NCBI GenBank assembly: GCA_041661505.1
Contig: JBAZUF010000005.1
Coordinates: 3,532-67,531, forward strand
Reading direction: 5' to 3'
Origin: Patescibacteria group bacterium
GTDB lineage: Bacteria > Patescibacteriota > Patescibacteriia > Patescibacteriales > JBAZCA01
DNA length: 64,000 nucleotides
Position numbers and translations under genes: made by a program. Below the pieces are notes generated by a model that worked only from the letters and a program-made list of their open reading frames with translations, made no database searches and was not told where the DNA came from. Numbering within the stretch: the stretch's first letter is position 1; each line of letters starts with the position of its first letter. Shown one piece after another: positions 18,627-26,983 of the stretch.

Positions 18627-19199
18627 CTAGCTCCGCCTGATTTTTATGTCATAATCAATCTGCTCGATTTTTCTTAAATTAGTTTTGGCCTGGTCGTATT
18701 TGGTGCGCAGGTAGCCGGTCATGTCAAATAATACCAGCTCGGCCATTATTTCATTAATTACTCCCTTAATTTTGTCCACTTCATCCATCTGCCCCCGGGA
18801 AGCCTTATTAATCGCCAGACGCACCATCTCGCCGGTAAGATCGCAAATCCCGCCCAGATAGCTTTCAGTATCGATTTTCACTTTGGCCACTTTATCGATT
18901 TTCTTTCCGGACATTACATAGAAAAACATTTTGGCTTCAACGTATTCCTCCATGCCCGCCTTAAAAGACCCTTCTTCGTAGAGCCGGCTATGCCCGAATT
19001 TTTTATCAAGATAGGCTAATTTTTCCTCGATTTCTTTTAAGGAAACTTCGGCGATCGATAAATCATTCCGGTGCAAAGAAAAAATGACTCTCTTTGAATC
19101 ATGCAAAACCTGGTTTGATAAGCTGATAATTTGCCTCCGCTCACCCTCATGCTTGTCATAATCAGCTTTCAGCTGTTTGATAAATTTTTTGTTTAACAT
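18627..19199 (-). CDS. translin-family protein (COG2178-type)
   Basis: 190 aa, all-helical. YLGGICDLTGEMVRLAI matches the translin/TRAX ..YL.G.ADLTGEL.R.. motif. The C-terminus LRTKYDQAKTNLRKIEQIDYDI parallels human translin LRKRYDGLKYDVKKVEEVVYDL. Confidence 0.6.
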   Translation of the reverse strand: MLNKKFIKQLKADYDKHEGERRQIISLSNQVLHDSKRVIFSLHRNDLSIAEVSLKEIEEKLAYLDKKFGHSRLYEEGSFKAGMEEYVEAKMFFYVMSGKKIDKVAKVKIDTESYLGGICDLTGEMVRLAINKASRGQMDEVDKIKGVINEIMAELVLFDMTGYLRTKYDQAKTNLRKIEQIDYDIKIRRS

Positions 19200-19295
19200 G
19201 TATTATTTTATCGCTAAATTAATCAATCCGCGTATTTTGTTTTTCAGACTTCCTTAAAAACCCCTAAGCAAACCGATTCTTGCGGGCCGGCCGGA

Positions 19296-21023
19296 CTATT
19301 CCGCTACCCGGAATACCTCTAGAACGCTGGTAGAGCCGCGCAAGGCCTTAATTAGTCCGTCCTGCGCCATAGTAAGATAACCCTTCTGGCGGGCGTATTC
19401 GCGCATGTCGTATTCGGAAATATTGCCGGATAAAATTATTTTTTCCAGTTCTCCGGACATGACGACAATCTCAAAAATCCCAAGCCGGCCTTTGTAGCCG
19501 ATTCCCTGGCATTTCTCGCAGCCTTTGCCGTGATGGAATTTTAGCTTAGCTCCGCCCGAGGACAGATCGATGTCTTTCCTATATTCTTCTTTGATATTGG
19601 AAAGCACCTCAACTACCCGGGCTAAAATTTTCGGCTCCAGCTTTTCCTCCTCTTTGCAGTTTTCGCAAATTTTCCTTACCAGCCGCTGGCCCATCATAGC
19701 GTTAACCGCCGGAGCCAGCAAAAAAGGCTTAACGCCTAAAGACAAGAACCGCGGAATGGCTCCGGCCGCGTCGTTGGTATGAATGGTAGAAAGGACCAGG
19801 TGCCCGGTAAGGGCCGCCTGGATGGCCGTATCGGCCGTCTCCAAATCGCGGATTTCTCCAACCATAATAACGTCCGGGTCTTGCCGTACGATTGAGCGCA
19901 AAGCCTTGGCAAAAGTATAGATATCAGAAACCTGGGACTGGTTAATCCCCTCCAGCTGATATTCGATCGGATCCTCGACAGTTATGATTTTTACTTCCGG
20001 CTGGTTCAGCTTTTTCAAAGCCGCGTAAAGGGTCGTCGTTTTGCCCGAACCGGTCGGGCCGGTGGTAACAACCATCCCGTTCGGCCGTTCAATTTGCCTT
20101 TTTAACCGCTCGAAAGCGTCGCCTTCCAAACCCAGCTGCTCGAAGTCCAGACTGATCGAGGAAAATTGTAATATTCTCATTACCACGCTTTCGCCGTAGG
20201 AGGTGGGCAAGAATGAAGCACGGATATCCAACCGGTCGTTTTCCATAAAAATGGACATCCGGCCGTCTTGCGGTTTATTGGCAATATTGATTTTCACTCC
20301 GGTTAAAAGCTTTAAGCGGGAAATCACTTTTGGCCATTCTTCCTCCCTTAAAACCGCCGCGTCGTGCAAAACTCCATCCACCCGGAAGCGGACTTTGATG
20401 TCTTTGGCTTCCCTTTCGACGTGGATATCCGAGGCATTTAACTGGATGGCTGAAGCGATCAGTATGGTGATAATTTCCGTGGTGTTGGATGAATTTATTT
20501 TTTCTTCCAAAGCCTTAAAGCTGGAAAATTGGTCCTGGTATTTAACTAGATCCGCTTGGGTAATTTCTACGCCCTTGATTATCTTTTTTACTTTGGGCAG
20601 CATCCGGTAAGCCTCCAAAAGATAGTCAAAACTGTGGTCCGACACTATATAAATCCGCGTATCGGTAAAATATTCCTTGGCCAATTCTTCTTTTAATACC
20701 AATACCGCGTCCGTCGTTTCGACCGCCGCGATCCGGATATTTTTTCCGTCGTAAAAAAAGCACGAAGCCCGAAGTTCGCGGGCGCGGGCCTCGGGGACGA
20801 GCTTTAAGGCTTCCTGGGAAATCGGCGCTCCGATTAAGCTTATATAAGGCAGTCCAAGCGCGGTGGCCTTGTTATTAACCCCCCGCTCAATCTCCTTAAG
20901 CTTCATTTCTTCCTGCTTTTCCTTTAGCTTTGAGCCGGCGCTTTCATCGCCGATTTTCCTGCCGCCGCCTTTTCCCGAAGCATCCATTAAATCTTCAATT
21001 GAAGTGAGTGAGTCTTTATCCAT
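19296..21023 (-). CDS. pilB: type IV pilus / type II secretion assembly ATPase (PilB/GspE family)
   Basis: N-terminal T2SSE_N-like domain, Walker A GPTGSGKTTTLYA, Asp box ITVEDPIEY, Walker B IMVGEIRD, His box LVLSTIHTND, and the tetracysteine motif CENC...CEKCQG. Confidence 0.92.
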   Translation of the reverse strand: MDKDSLTSIEDLMDASGKGGGRKIGDESAGSKLKEKQEEMKLKEIERGVNNKATALGLPYISLIGAPISQEALKLVPEARARELRASCFFYDGKNIRIAAVETTDAVLVLKEELAKEYFTDTRIYIVSDHSFDYLLEAYRMLPKVKKIIKGVEITQADLVKYQDQFSSFKALEEKINSSNTTEIITILIASAIQLNASDIHVEREAKDIKVRFRVDGVLHDAAVLREEEWPKVISRLKLLTGVKINIANKPQDGRMSIFMENDRLDIRASFLPTSYGESVVMRILQFSSISLDFEQLGLEGDAFERLKRQIERPNGMVVTTGPTGSGKTTTLYAALKKLNQPEVKIITVEDPIEYQLEGINQSQVSDIYTFAKALRSIVRQDPDVIMVGEIRDLETADTAIQAALTGHLVLSTIHTNDAAGAIPRFLSLGVKPFLLAPAVNAMMGQRLVRKICENCKEEEKLEPKILARVVEVLSNIKEEYRKDIDLSSGGAKLKFHHGKGCEKCQGIGYKGRLGIFEIVVMSGELEKIILSGNISEYDMREYARQKGYLTMAQDGLIKALRGSTSVLEVFRVAE

Positions 21024-21059
21024 AATTACTTGATAATTTTTATAATTGCTCTTTTGCCA

Positions 21060-22286
21060 TTATACCAGAATTTTCAGCAAAAAAGTAGATATTTTTTTCA
21101 AAACCCAAGCCAGTCCTAAAAATACAATCAGGTAGAAAACAGCCGCCAGCCAGGCCGGTAAATATCTATAAAAAAGGTCATAGCGGCTGGCGAGCGGCCA
21201 GTGCAGAAGATAAACTTCATAAGAATACAGGCCGAACAAAGAAAGCAAATTGAATTCAACTCTTATATAAGAAAAAAGAAGGACGATAGCCAGCACGACA
21301 ATTATGCTAACGAGCTGTTCTTTGTCCGGACTTTGGCCCACGCCGGAATTAAGGGCAAAATAGCCGATAAATATTACCAAAACGGCAATTATTAAATAAT
21401 ATATGGCCGGACCGATTTTTTCTTCTAATTTCAAAACGCCGGGTTTTCCCGCCCAAGCTGATAATTTTTCCAGCCCGAAAAGACGCGAGAATCGGAATCG
21501 GCCCAGCCCGGGCGCCCCGTAAGCCAGCCAGCCGAAAAAAATTCCTGCTGGAAAAGCAATTATGTGAATCTCGTACAGATGCCTTACCTCGCTCATCCAA
21601 ACAGGGTTTTCGCGCAGGATAAAATAAGCGGCCAGATAAATTATGATGGCCGACAGCCAGGGCCTTTTTTTTGATAAAACCCAGGGAAAAATTAAATAGT
21701 AGAATAAAATTAAAGTAAAATACCAAAGGGGCGAATTCAAATCCTCAAATACGTCGGCGCGCGGGAAAAATCCGGCCGCGGCCTTAAAGATATACTGCCA
21801 AGAGTAAGTGATTTTTAATATTAAAAAGTCTAAGATAAAGTACAGCGCTAATATTATCCATAAAGGCATAAATAACTTCGGCAGGCGCCGGCGGTAGAAT
21901 TTCCAAATCGCCAATCCGTCCCGCTCTTTTTTTATCGCCCCGCCTTGCCCGTCCAAAGCGGCTAAACCTTTTGCCTCTTTTAATTCGTTAGAATCCTTTT
22001 TTAAGGCGCTTTGGGTGAGGCCGAAGCCGGATAAAAATAAAAACAGATCTACCCCGACTCCGGCAAGGATTGAAAGCGGAAACAGGAAGCGGTGATCGGC
22101 AATCAAAAAATAGCCGAAATGGGAAAAAATTATAGTTAAAATCGCTAAGCCTTTAAGCTCTTGGGTGAGTGATTTAGGAAGGAAGCGGGTGGATTTTTTC
22201 ATCCGGGCGGAAACTAAAACAGCCGCCAAAAAAATAGCGGCAAAGATCCAGGTAGCCTGAACCGGATTATTTATCGAAATAGCCAT
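21060..22286 (-). CDS. acyltransferase family 3 (OafA-like) membrane protein
   Basis: 408 aa with 10 or more TM helices. The opening ..LKGLAILTIIFSHFGYF.. (conserved His) and the overall topology are typical of acyltransferase_3. Confidence 0.7.
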   Translation of the reverse strand: MAISINNPVQATWIFAAIFLAAVLVSARMKKSTRFLPKSLTQELKGLAILTIIFSHFGYFLIADHRFLFPLSILAGVGVDLFLFLSGFGLTQSALKKDSNELKEAKGLAALDGQGGAIKKERDGLAIWKFYRRRLPKLFMPLWIILALYFILDFLILKITYSWQYIFKAAAGFFPRADVFEDLNSPLWYFTLILFYYLIFPWVLSKKRPWLSAIIIYLAAYFILRENPVWMSEVRHLYEIHIIAFPAGIFFGWLAYGAPGLGRFRFSRLFGLEKLSAWAGKPGVLKLEEKIGPAIYYLIIAVLVIFIGYFALNSGVGQSPDKEQLVSIIVVLAIVLLFSYIRVEFNLLSLFGLYSYEVYLLHWPLASRYDLFYRYLPAWLAAVFYLIVFLGLAWVLKKISTFLLKILV

Positions 22287-23022
22287 AAATTATCTTCGCC
22301 CAGATCGCGTACCCTTCGGCTGAAGGATGGAATAAGTCCGGCGAGTAATGGGCGCCATTCGTTTTGAATTGGGCCGCGGTCGGAGAATATAAATCAATGT
22401 ATTGGGCTTTGTAAGTTTCGGCCAAAGCCTTGATAACCGAGTTAAACTTTTTGGTTTGCCAATCAATATATAAATTGTATGGCGGCATCATCAAGCTCGG
22501 GGCGCCGATAAAGGGAATGCTGACCAGGTAAATTTTAGCATCAGTTTCTTCGGTAAGGCGCTTTAATATCGCCCCGTAGCTATTTTTGAATTCAGCCAGG
22601 GAAACTTTGCCATGCACGTCGTTAACGCCGGCCAGGATTGTAATGATATCCGGGTTATCAGCTATGGCCGCCGAAACTAATTTATCTTTTAAATCACCGA
22701 CTTTGGCACCGGGGATTGAATGATCTTTCAAGGTTACCTTTTTGCCGTCCTGCGCCATTTTCCCGGCTATGAGATAAGGAAAGGATTCCTCGTAATTTAA
22801 AACCCCGACTCCGGCAGTCAAGCTGTCGCCCAAGGCGGCGTACACTATATTTTTTTGAAAATCCATATCAGCGCCGATTAGAAAGGTTTGGTTTTTATCA
22901 GGTGATTTCAGGTTTGCCTTGCTGATTTCCTGGTAGATGCGGGCATGAAAATAATATAAATAAATTCCAGCCGCAAGAATGGCCAATAAACTAGCCAGTA
23001 AGTACTTCTTTTTCATACCCAT
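22267..23022 (-). CDS. SGNH/GDSL-family hydrolase (lipase/esterase/acylhydrolase)
   Basis: Block I AALGDSLTAGVG, block III LAGVNDV and block V DLFHPSAEGY. N-terminal signal anchor. The start is at 23022 or 23016; the track start 23061 adds a non-homologous extension that ends 13 nt short of the tRNA. Confidence 0.85.
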   Translation of the reverse strand: MGMKKKYLLASLLAILAAGIYLYYFHARIYQEISKANLKSPDKNQTFLIGADMDFQKNIVYAALGDSLTAGVGVLNYEESFPYLIAGKMAQDGKKVTLKDHSIPGAKVGDLKDKLVSAAIADNPDIITILAGVNDVHGKVSLAEFKNSYGAILKRLTEETDAKIYLVSIPFIGAPSLMMPPYNLYIDWQTKKFNSVIKALAETYKAQYIDLYSPTAAQFKTNGAHYSPDLFHPSAEGYAIWAKIIYGYFDK

Positions 23023-23073
23023 GATTAAACAAAAATTTCGCCAAAGTGCGCCAGAGCGCACATGTCCATCAAT

Positions 23074-23146
23074 GTCGGGGTGCCGGGAATTGAACCCGGA
23101 TTACACGAACCCGAATCGTGCGTAATACCGTTATACCACACCCCGA
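23074..23146 (-). tRNA. tRNA-Pro (anticodon CGG)
   Basis: The minus strand reads TCGGGGTG TGGTATAACGGTATTACG CACGA-TTCGGGT-TCGTG TAATC CGGGTTCAATTCCCGG CACCCCGA(C). It has a 7-bp acceptor stem, D arm, 5-bp anticodon stem with loop UUCGGGU (anticodon CGG), and a T arm with GGTTCAATTCC. CCA is not encoded. Confidence 0.9.
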
Positions 23147-23237
23147 TATAAAATAAGGCAGGCCGGAAATTTGCCTACTCATATATTTAAGCACGCGAAA
23201 GCCAAGCTGGCAAGGCTAGCTTCTCCCGCCCCCCCCA

Positions 23238-23275
23238 AAGAAAAAAGCCCTTATCGCTTGAAGTGCGGTAAGGGC
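23238..23275 (-). terminator. rho-independent terminator after the sigma-XRE gene
   Basis: The minus strand reads GCCCTTACCGC-ACTTCAA-GCGATAAGGGC (7 bp + 1 mismatch + 3 bp) followed by TTTTTTCTTT. Confidence 0.65.
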
Positions 23276-23322
23276 CGGTGTTTTAATTAATGGTGTTATA
23301 TCTCCTTTGTCTTTCGGCGTGA

Positions 23323-24477
23323 TCAATAATAACTCACGCCGGCCAGTTCGTAAAAATCGCTCTTGGCTTCGCGTGTCAGTCGGAACACTTTAGCTAGACG
23401 CCTCACAGTGTTCGGGGGAGGAACTCGTTTTTCTAGCTCAGCCCTATAGACGCAAAACCGGGTGCATTCGGCCCGCTTGGCCAGTTCGAGTTGCGACCAG
23501 CCTTTTTCGAGGCGGAGCTCTTTTAGTCTTCGGCCGAAAGTCATAGGTTGCGCCGAGCGGGGGGTGGTGTTGCCGTTTTGAGGAGACGTGGGGGGAAGGA
23601 TGATGAGCAGAGGAGAAATCTGCGGGGACGTTTTTACCGGCTTGCCATTCTGAAAACTAGAGGCGATTTTTTTCGCCTCACCCACTGACGCTACGTATTT
23701 ACCTAAGTAATCTTTATTGCAAGCGTCAGGCAAGTCTTCGGGTTTCATTTGTTGGCGTAGATATTTCCTCGCACGAAGGACTGCCTTAGTGTGGATCAGC
23801 GAGATCATGGATTCGGAATAGCCAAGAACAACGCCAATTTCCTTCATGGTCAGTTCTTCGTAATAGTAAAGAGTAAGTACGGTTTGCTCTTTTTCCGGGA
23901 GTCGGCCAATGGCCTCGGTAAGATGATAAGCAATCTCTTTCCTAAAAACCGCGTTAAAATGCTCCTCCTCTCCAACCGCAAGCATATATATTTCGCGATT
24001 TCCCCGGATTACTTCACTGATATTTTCCGGGAGGAAAGAGATCCCCTTAATTTCATCCATCAGCTTGAAAAAATCCTCCTCGCTGATCTGGAGTTCCTCT
24101 GCAATCTCCTCCTCCGTGGGGTCGCGCCCAAACCTTTGTTCCAAGGAAGCGCATGCTCTTTCCAGCATGCCGCTTTTTCTTCTAAGCGAGCGGGGCACCC
24201 AATCCATAGCGCGGATTTCGTCGAGCATCGCCCCCCGGATCCGGATTTTAGCGTAAAAGTTAAAAGGAACGCCCTCGCTGGAATCATATTTATTGAGAGC
24301 GTCCATGAGCCCCAGCACTCCAGCGCTAATAAGGTCGCCGACCGAGATGTGGTCAGGCAGTCGGGAGATGAGCCGCAGGGCGATGAATTTCACCATGTCA
24401 GCGTGTTTCAGCATCATCTCGTTCCGTTCGTTAAGATTTGAATACATTCTTTCTTTACCGTTGCCATTACCGTCCAT
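23323..24477 (-). CDS. group-3 (FliA/WhiG/sigma-28-type) RNA polymerase sigma factor fused to a C-terminal XRE-family HTH domain
   Basis: Residues ~20-245 form the sigma part. Region 2 is DLISAGVLGLMDALNKYD..FYAKIRIRGAMLDEIR, region 3 follows, and region 4 is LPEKEQTVLTLYYYEELTMKEIGVVLGYSESMISLIHTKAVLRARKYL. A ~60-aa Pro/Ser-rich linker leads to FGRRLKELRLEKGWSQLELAKRAECTRFCVYRAELEKRVPPPNTVRRLAKVF, an XRE/Cro-type HTH. There is a strong SD (GAAAGGAGGTGGCGC-ATG) and the gene has its own terminator. Confidence 0.8.
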   Translation of the reverse strand: MDGNGNGKERMYSNLNERNEMMLKHADMVKFIALRLISRLPDHISVGDLISAGVLGLMDALNKYDSSEGVPFNFYAKIRIRGAMLDEIRAMDWVPRSLRRKSGMLERACASLEQRFGRDPTEEEIAEELQISEEDFFKLMDEIKGISFLPENISEVIRGNREIYMLAVGEEEHFNAVFRKEIAYHLTEAIGRLPEKEQTVLTLYYYEELTMKEIGVVLGYSESMISLIHTKAVLRARKYLRQQMKPEDLPDACNKDYLGKYVASVGEAKKIASSFQNGKPVKTSPQISPLLIILPPTSPQNGNTTPRSAQPMTFGRRLKELRLEKGWSQLELAKRAECTRFCVYRAELEKRVPPPNTVRRLAKVFRLTREAKSDFYELAGVSYY

Positions 24478-24611
24478 GCGCCACCTCCTTTCCGAAGGCC
24501 TGATATTGCGTTAGCGGAAAATTCTTCCGTGATTTTTAAAAGATCGTATATAAAAAATTTCCAAAGAATGGAAATTTGATGCCCTTATAAAAAGCGCCCG
24601 CGCGTGCCAGA

Positions 24612-25010
24612 CTATCTTCTATCAATTGCCTCATTCACCAGCCGGTCAGCTTCCTTATTCTTTTCTCTTGGCACATGCGTAAACTTAACCTTTTTAAAGC
24701 CCAAAGTCAAGTTGTTGATTTTCAAAAATAGCGGCGCCAAATCGGAGTTTTTTACTTTATATTCGCGTTTTATTTGCTTTACTACGAGTTCAGAATCAAG
24801 ATAAAAATCCAGTTCTTCTGCCTTGCAGGTCTTAGCTTTTTCCAAAGCGGCGATTACTGCTTTGTATTCCGCCTGATTATTAGTCGCTTCGCCGATATAT
24901 TCGGACACGGTGAACACCACCTTAGCATCTTCATCATAAGCGATCGCCCCAATCCCCGCCGGCCCCGGATTCCCCCTTGCCCCTCCGTCGGTAAATATTT
25001 TTAGCTTCAT
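24612..25010 (-). CDS. rnhA: ribonuclease HI
   Basis: Contains MKLKIFTDGGARGNPGPAGIG..NNQAEYKAVIAALE..LDSELVVKQI..HVPREKNKEADRLVNEA, with the DEDD catalytic residues in the canonical RNase H context. I prefer the start at 25010. The track start 25031 lies inside the outer arm of hairpin element A. Confidence 0.9.
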   Translation of the reverse strand: MKLKIFTDGGARGNPGPAGIGAIAYDEDAKVVFTVSEYIGEATNNQAEYKAVIAALEKAKTCKAEELDFYLDSELVVKQIKREYKVKNSDLAPLFLKINNLTLGFKKVKFTHVPREKNKEADRLVNEAIDRR

Positions 25011-25022
25011 AATTTTATATTG

Positions 25023-25210
25023 TTTTGTCATTTTATTTATGTGCGAGCCATTGAGAAAATTTAGTATTATTTTTTGTACAATTGAGGCAATAAATTTTCA
25101 CTGTTTGATCCGCCCCGTGTCAACGGGGCGGAGAGTTTGAAAATTTGTCCGTAAATTGTGCAAAAAATCTAAATTTTTTCGCAGGCGAGTGAATAAATAA
25201 AATGACAAAA
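25023..25210. repeat. long imperfect palindrome / hairpin element A (188 nt) with conserved apical core
   Basis: The outer arms 25023-25040 TTTTGTCATTTTATTTAT and 25193-25210 ATAAATAAAATGACAAAA are perfectly complementary (18 bp). Inner pairings include ATTTTTTGTACAATT/AATTGTGCAAAAAAT and AAATTTTC/GAAAATTT. The apex is CTGTTTGAT-CCGCCCCG-TGTCAA-CGGGGCGG-AGAGTT (25101-25137). Confidence 0.85.
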
Positions 25211-25243
25211 TTTTTCAGCGACGAGCAATCAAATTTCTTTAAT

Positions 25244-26983
25244 TCATTTAACCTTAATATCAATAATCTTTAACTGCACATCCCTCCGTCCGTTATACTC
25301 ATTAATCTCCGGGTAATAAACCATGTCAATTTTATCCCCGATCTTTAAAGCCTTCCACTGTTCGGACTGCCCGAAACCGATAGCGTAAATCAGGCTAGAC
25401 TCTTCACTTTTCACTCTTAATTTTATATGCTGATTTTGCGCCCCCATGCGCATGATGTCCATAACCAATATCTTTTTCGAAACAAACTTCGGCTTCTCGT
25501 TTCCGGCCCCGAAAGGCGCGAATTTTTCCAGCTCCAAAATCAAATTTTCGCTTATTTCTGACAGGTCTAATTCTATGTCAATTTTTACTTTCGGCTTTAA
25601 TACCAATTTTCCCAGCTCCCGTCCGGCAATTTCTTGGATTTTTTTCATAAAACCGTTTAAATTCTTTTCTTCCAGGCTGAATCCGCAGGCGGCCGGATGC
25701 CCGCCGTACTTGTACAAAAATTTTGAACACTCCTCCAGCGCTTTTATTAAATTAAATTCTTCAATGCTCCGGCCCGAACCCTTAAATTCTCCATTTGAAC
25801 CGACAGTAATTACCAGGGCCGGCAGATAAAATTTCTCCGCTACCCGCCCGGCAATAAGCCCTACGACGCCTTCGTTCCAAGCTTTTTTTTCCAAACCTTT
25901 ATCAGTAACAGCGATTATTATTTTATTGTCTTTGCATTTTGGGTCGTCTTCAAGCATTTTTACGATCTCTTCAGATATCTTTTCCGTTATCATCTGGCGC
26001 TCAAAGTTTCTTTGGTTTAGGGCCTGGGCCAGTTCCTTCGCCCGGCTCCGGTCGCGGGTGATTAAAAGCTCGTAAGCCGTATTAGCGTGATCAAGCCGGC
26101 CGGCGGCGTTAAGCCTCGGTCCGAGCTGGAACCCGATATTCCAGGAATCGAGCTTTTTCCCGTTATTTAACTGGGAAACTTCAATCAATTCACGCAGGCC
26201 GATGCGTTTGGTTTTATTCAATATTTCCAGGCCTTTTTTAACTAAAATCCGGTTCTCATCCCTTAATGGCACCATGTCGGCAACAGTCCCGACCGCCACC
26301 AAGTCCAAAATCCTGTCTTCTAATTTCTTTTTGTCATCACCCGAAAGCTTAGACCGGCGGGTTATGGCCGTAGCAAATTTAAAAGCCACCCCGACGCCGG
26401 CTAAAAATCTAAAGGGATATTTTTCGCCGGGGAGGTTGGGATTAATAACCAAACATTTTGGCCAGTCTTTCTTTTCTTCGGGCGCCGAATGGTGGTCGGT
26501 GATAATTATTTCCAGCCCGAGGCTTTTCGCGAACTCGGCTTCAGGCGCGTTTCTAATTCCGGTATCAACGGTAATAATCAATTTGACGCCCTTGTCTTTA
26601 GCTTCTTCCAGCGCGTTCATATTCATGCCGTAGCCTTCGGTTGTCCGAAAAGGGATGTAAACGCCGACGTCCGCTTTCAGCGTCTTCAGGGTTTCGACCA
26701 TAACTACCGAAGCGGTTACCCCGTCCGCGTCATAATCCCCGTAAACCAATATCTTATTTTTTTTCTTTACATGATTAATTACCGAATCTACCGCCGCGGC
26801 CATATCCTTAAAATCATCGGGGTCGTGCGCGTCCTCGTAAGTCCCTTTTAAAAACCGCTCTATATCTTTCTTGTCCCGAAACCCCCGGTTAATGAGCAAT
26901 TGCAAAATAACCCGATTGTATTCGGGATATTTTTTTAGAATTTTATCAGAAACTTTTGGCGCAATCTGCCAATCCTTTGTCAT
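25244..26983 (-). CDS. recJ: single-stranded-DNA-specific exonuclease RecJ
   Basis: DHH motifs (YGDYDADGVT, TVDTG, ITDHH), DHHA1 (GGHPAACG) and a C-terminal OB-like region. I chose the start at ATG 26983 (MTKDWQIAPK..ILQLLINRG). The track start 27106 adds 41 residues without RecJ similarity, so the start is uncertain. Confidence 0.9.
   Translation of the reverse strand: MTKDWQIAPKVSDKILKKYPEYNRVILQLLINRGFRDKKDIERFLKGTYEDAHDPDDFKDMAAAVDSVINHVKKKNKILVYGDYDADGVTASVVMVETLKTLKADVGVYIPFRTTEGYGMNMNALEEAKDKGVKLIITVDTGIRNAPEAEFAKSLGLEIIITDHHSAPEEKKDWPKCLVINPNLPGEKYPFRFLAGVGVAFKFATAITRRSKLSGDDKKKLEDRILDLVAVGTVADMVPLRDENRILVKKGLEILNKTKRIGLRELIEVSQLNNGKKLDSWNIGFQLGPRLNAAGRLDHANTAYELLITRDRSRAKELAQALNQRNFERQMITEKISEEIVKMLEDDPKCKDNKIIIAVTDKGLEKKAWNEGVVGLIAGRVAEKFYLPALVITVGSNGEFKGSGRSIEEFNLIKALEECSKFLYKYGGHPAACGFSLEEKNLNGFMKKIQEIAGRELGKLVLKPKVKIDIELDLSEISENLILELEKFAPFGAGNEKPKFVSKKILVMDIMRMGAQNQHIKLRVKSEESSLIYAIGFGQSEQWKALKIGDKIDMVYYPEINEYNGRRDVQLKIIDIKVK

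Noticed and set aside
23791-24441. 216-aa plus-strand ORF, together with many other 60-200 aa ORFs in the track: 392-670, 8093-8443, 10532-11008, 20203-20610, 29546-30154, 32481-32894, 35847-36389, 53383-53820 and others.
   Set aside because: All lie antisense to, or nested inside, genes with clear family signatures. Their translations are low-complexity (Ser/Pro/Arg/Phe-rich) with no recognisable motifs. They are the usual shadow ORFs of moderately GC-rich coding sequence.
23074-24520. tRNA-Pro as the integration site of a mobile element carrying the sigma-XRE gene.
   Set aside because: The islet lies on the 5' side of the tRNA, whereas integrases normally target the 3' end. No integrase is present, and I found no direct repeat of the tRNA 3' segment by eye. 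Horizontal origin remains possible, but a tRNA-targeted integrative element is not supported.
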